Shown: one piece after another, positions 62,711 to 64,000 of the stretch | How positions within the stretch are numbered: position 1 is the stretch's first letter | Layout of the letters: the number at the start of each line of letters is the position of its first letter | Source: Obrimoposthia wandeli | Taxonomy: Eukaryota | Direction of reading: 5' to 3' | Length of the DNA: 64,000 nt | Assembly: GCA_977020255.1 (NCBI GenBank) | Contig: CDROCS010000122.1 | Coordinates: 558,001 to 622,000, forward strand | The notes under the pieces: model-generated | Told to the model about the DNA's origin: nothing | What the model saw: the letters and a program-made list of their open reading frames with translations, nothing else | The model's database searches: none | Made by a program: the position numbers and the translations under genes

Positions 62711-63367
62711 CTAAGAAAGTATAACTTGCTCTTCGATGCGCTCTATTAATGCAGGCGGTAATGCCAATGCATCCGCCAACGCATCCAAATAAGCACGTTC
62801 TAAGAAATGGTCTACATCAACCACCAGCAATGAGACGAGGTAAACTTCCGACGCTTGCTCAAGCCCATCAACTGCATTTGCAATCACATGAGGGTTTAAT
62901 GGTTCATCCAGCCAACGTGCAATCAATGCTTCTACATCGTGTGTTATCCCGTTTTGTTGTAGCCACTGAGTAATCGCTGCCTTTTCATCAATATCAATAT
63001 GACCATCAGCTTTGGCAGCAAAGAGCATGGCTTTCATCAATATTTCTTGATCCGTCTTTAATGGTGTTAATTCAGTCAACATCGGATCCACCGACGCTGT
63101 CGTTGTTTCCGTCTGATCTTGAAACCACTTTTTATATGCCTGATACGCCACGGTACCAATGGCGGCGGTGCCACCAATCACAGCTGCTTTCTTGCCATAT
63201 TTGCCCACCAGCCTTCGGCTTTTCTTATTTCCGACTAATACACCGACAAGTCCCCCTGTCGCCACTCCTTTTACAAGGTCAGCTTTACTAGAAGAAGAGG
63301 AGGAGGAAGAATTTTTCCCCATATAACTGCTGGCTTGATTAATGAGTTGGTCAAATAAGCTTTTCAT
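62711..63367 (-). CDS. DUF533 / TerB-like (YebE-like) membrane protein
   Basis: Gly-rich helix, AAIGTVAYQAY, AMLFAAKADGHID, ERAYLDALA; start at ATG 63367 behind GGAG. Confidence 0.85.
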   Translation of the reverse strand: MKSLFDQLINQASSYMGKNSSSSSSSSKADLVKGVATGGLVGVLVGNKKSRRLVGKYGKKAAVIGGTAAIGTVAYQAYKKWFQDQTETTTASVDPMLTELTPLKTDQEILMKAMLFAAKADGHIDIDEKAAITQWLQQNGITHDVEALIARWLDEPLNPHVIANAVDGLEQASEVYLVSLLVVDVDHFLERAYLDALADALALPPALIERIEEQVILS

Positions 63368-63475
63368 CGTTGGCACTCCATAACAAGGGATACCACTGAT
63401 ACTAAAGAAGAGAAAATGAACGGGGAATGAATTTAACGTAAAGCAAGGTAAAGAAGGAATGAAAATTCTTGATAC

Positions 63476-63503
63476 AACAAAGCCCCAACCGACGTTGAGG
63501 CTT
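63476..63503 (-). terminator. terminator after LacI-family gene
   Basis: Minus strand AAGCCTCAAC-GTCG-GTTGGGGCTT-TGTT. Confidence 0.6.
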
Positions 63504-63524
63504 CATCGTTTTTATCTGGTGCCC

Positions 63525-64000
63525 CTAAATCACACGATCACCATGGCGAATTACAAGTTGTGGTTCAAAATGAAGATCTATACTGACATCTTCATTTTTA
63601 ATCAGGTTTATCAGCACTTCAACAGCAACTCGAGCCATTTTACTAATAGGAAAATGTACTGCCGAAACCGTGGGATAAAAACTGGCGCAGCGATCAATAC
63701 TGTCAAAACTAATCAAAGATACTTGCTGTGGAACGTTCACATTATTTTCATGGAAAAACTGCAACGCCCCTCCCATCATCTCTTCGTTACATGAAAATAA
63801 CGCAGTCAAATCAGGATGGGATTGATACAATTTTTTTGCTGCTAGATAACCACTTTCTCGACCATAATCACCCTCGGCACACAGAGTCAGATCAACGGTG
63901 ATATCCGCGGTAGATAAAGCATTAAGGTAACCTTGATAACGCTGTCGACTGTTCGTTCGATTGAGTGGACCAGTTATACACGCAATCTTTCTGTGACCTT
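63525..64000 (-). CDS. LacI family transcriptional regulator, C-terminal part (5' end outside window)
   Basis: Frame open to the window edge: GHRKIACITGP...RYQGY...TALFSCNEEM...VPQQVSLISFDS. Confidence 0.88.
   Translation of the reverse strand, partial: GHRKIACITGPLNRTNSRQRYQGYLNALSTADITVDLTLCAEGDYGRESGYLAAKKLYQSHPDLTALFSCNEEMMGGALQFFHENNVNVPQQVSLISFDSIDRCASFYPTVSAVHFPISKMARVAVEVLINLIKNEDVSIDLHFEPQLVIRHGDRVI

Noticed and set aside
63287-63313. Ser8 tract in the DUF533 protein as a phase-variable repeat
   Set aside because: Mixed TCT/TCC/AGT codons in frame; a low-complexity linker that cannot cause on/off switching.
63525-63830. 101-aa stand-alone ORF as given in the track
   Set aside because: The TTG start is internal; the frame stays open to position 64000 and is a truncated LacI-family gene.

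Overview
Core chromosomal segment of a Vibrionaceae bacterium, most likely a Photobacterium (inferred from 16S variable regions, gene order and a stand-alone aceK). Left to right: thr leader peptide, aceK, a small beta-barrel protein, RraA-like and DUF3293 genes, the arcA / lipoprotein / arcB / PAS-GGDEF cluster, yhcC, two complete tandem glutamate synthases, mtnN-cbiB-btuF-yadS, dedA-tyrS-M23 peptidase, erpA-clcA-hemL, AI-2E transporter, rsmC, chiS plus the full chitobiose (chb) operon, a small membrane protein, a complete minus-strand rRNA operon (16S, tRNA-less ITS, 23S, 5S, tRNA-Asp), a DUF533 gene and a truncated LacI regulator. I see no prophage, integrase, transposase, CRISPR array or defence island, and I cannot claim a clearly new multi-gene system. 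Best leads: (1) the diguanylate cyclase next to arcB has a coiled-coil+PAS module that aligns gaplessly with ArcB's, including the Cys180 equivalent, while ArcB itself lacks Cys241 and is translationally coupled to an unknown lipoprotein; (2) an unannotated 33-aa Cys-rich membrane peptide next to hemL; (3) motifs predicting NADH versus NADPH specificity for the two GOGATs; (4) ERIC/MITE-like relics, one in the chb promoter region and one in the 23S-5S spacer; (5) a tRNA-Asp relic. The rRNA genes carry several indels at conserved positions, so fine detail at 56.8-62.6 kb may be assembly error. All comparisons to reference sequences are from memory and need database confirmation.
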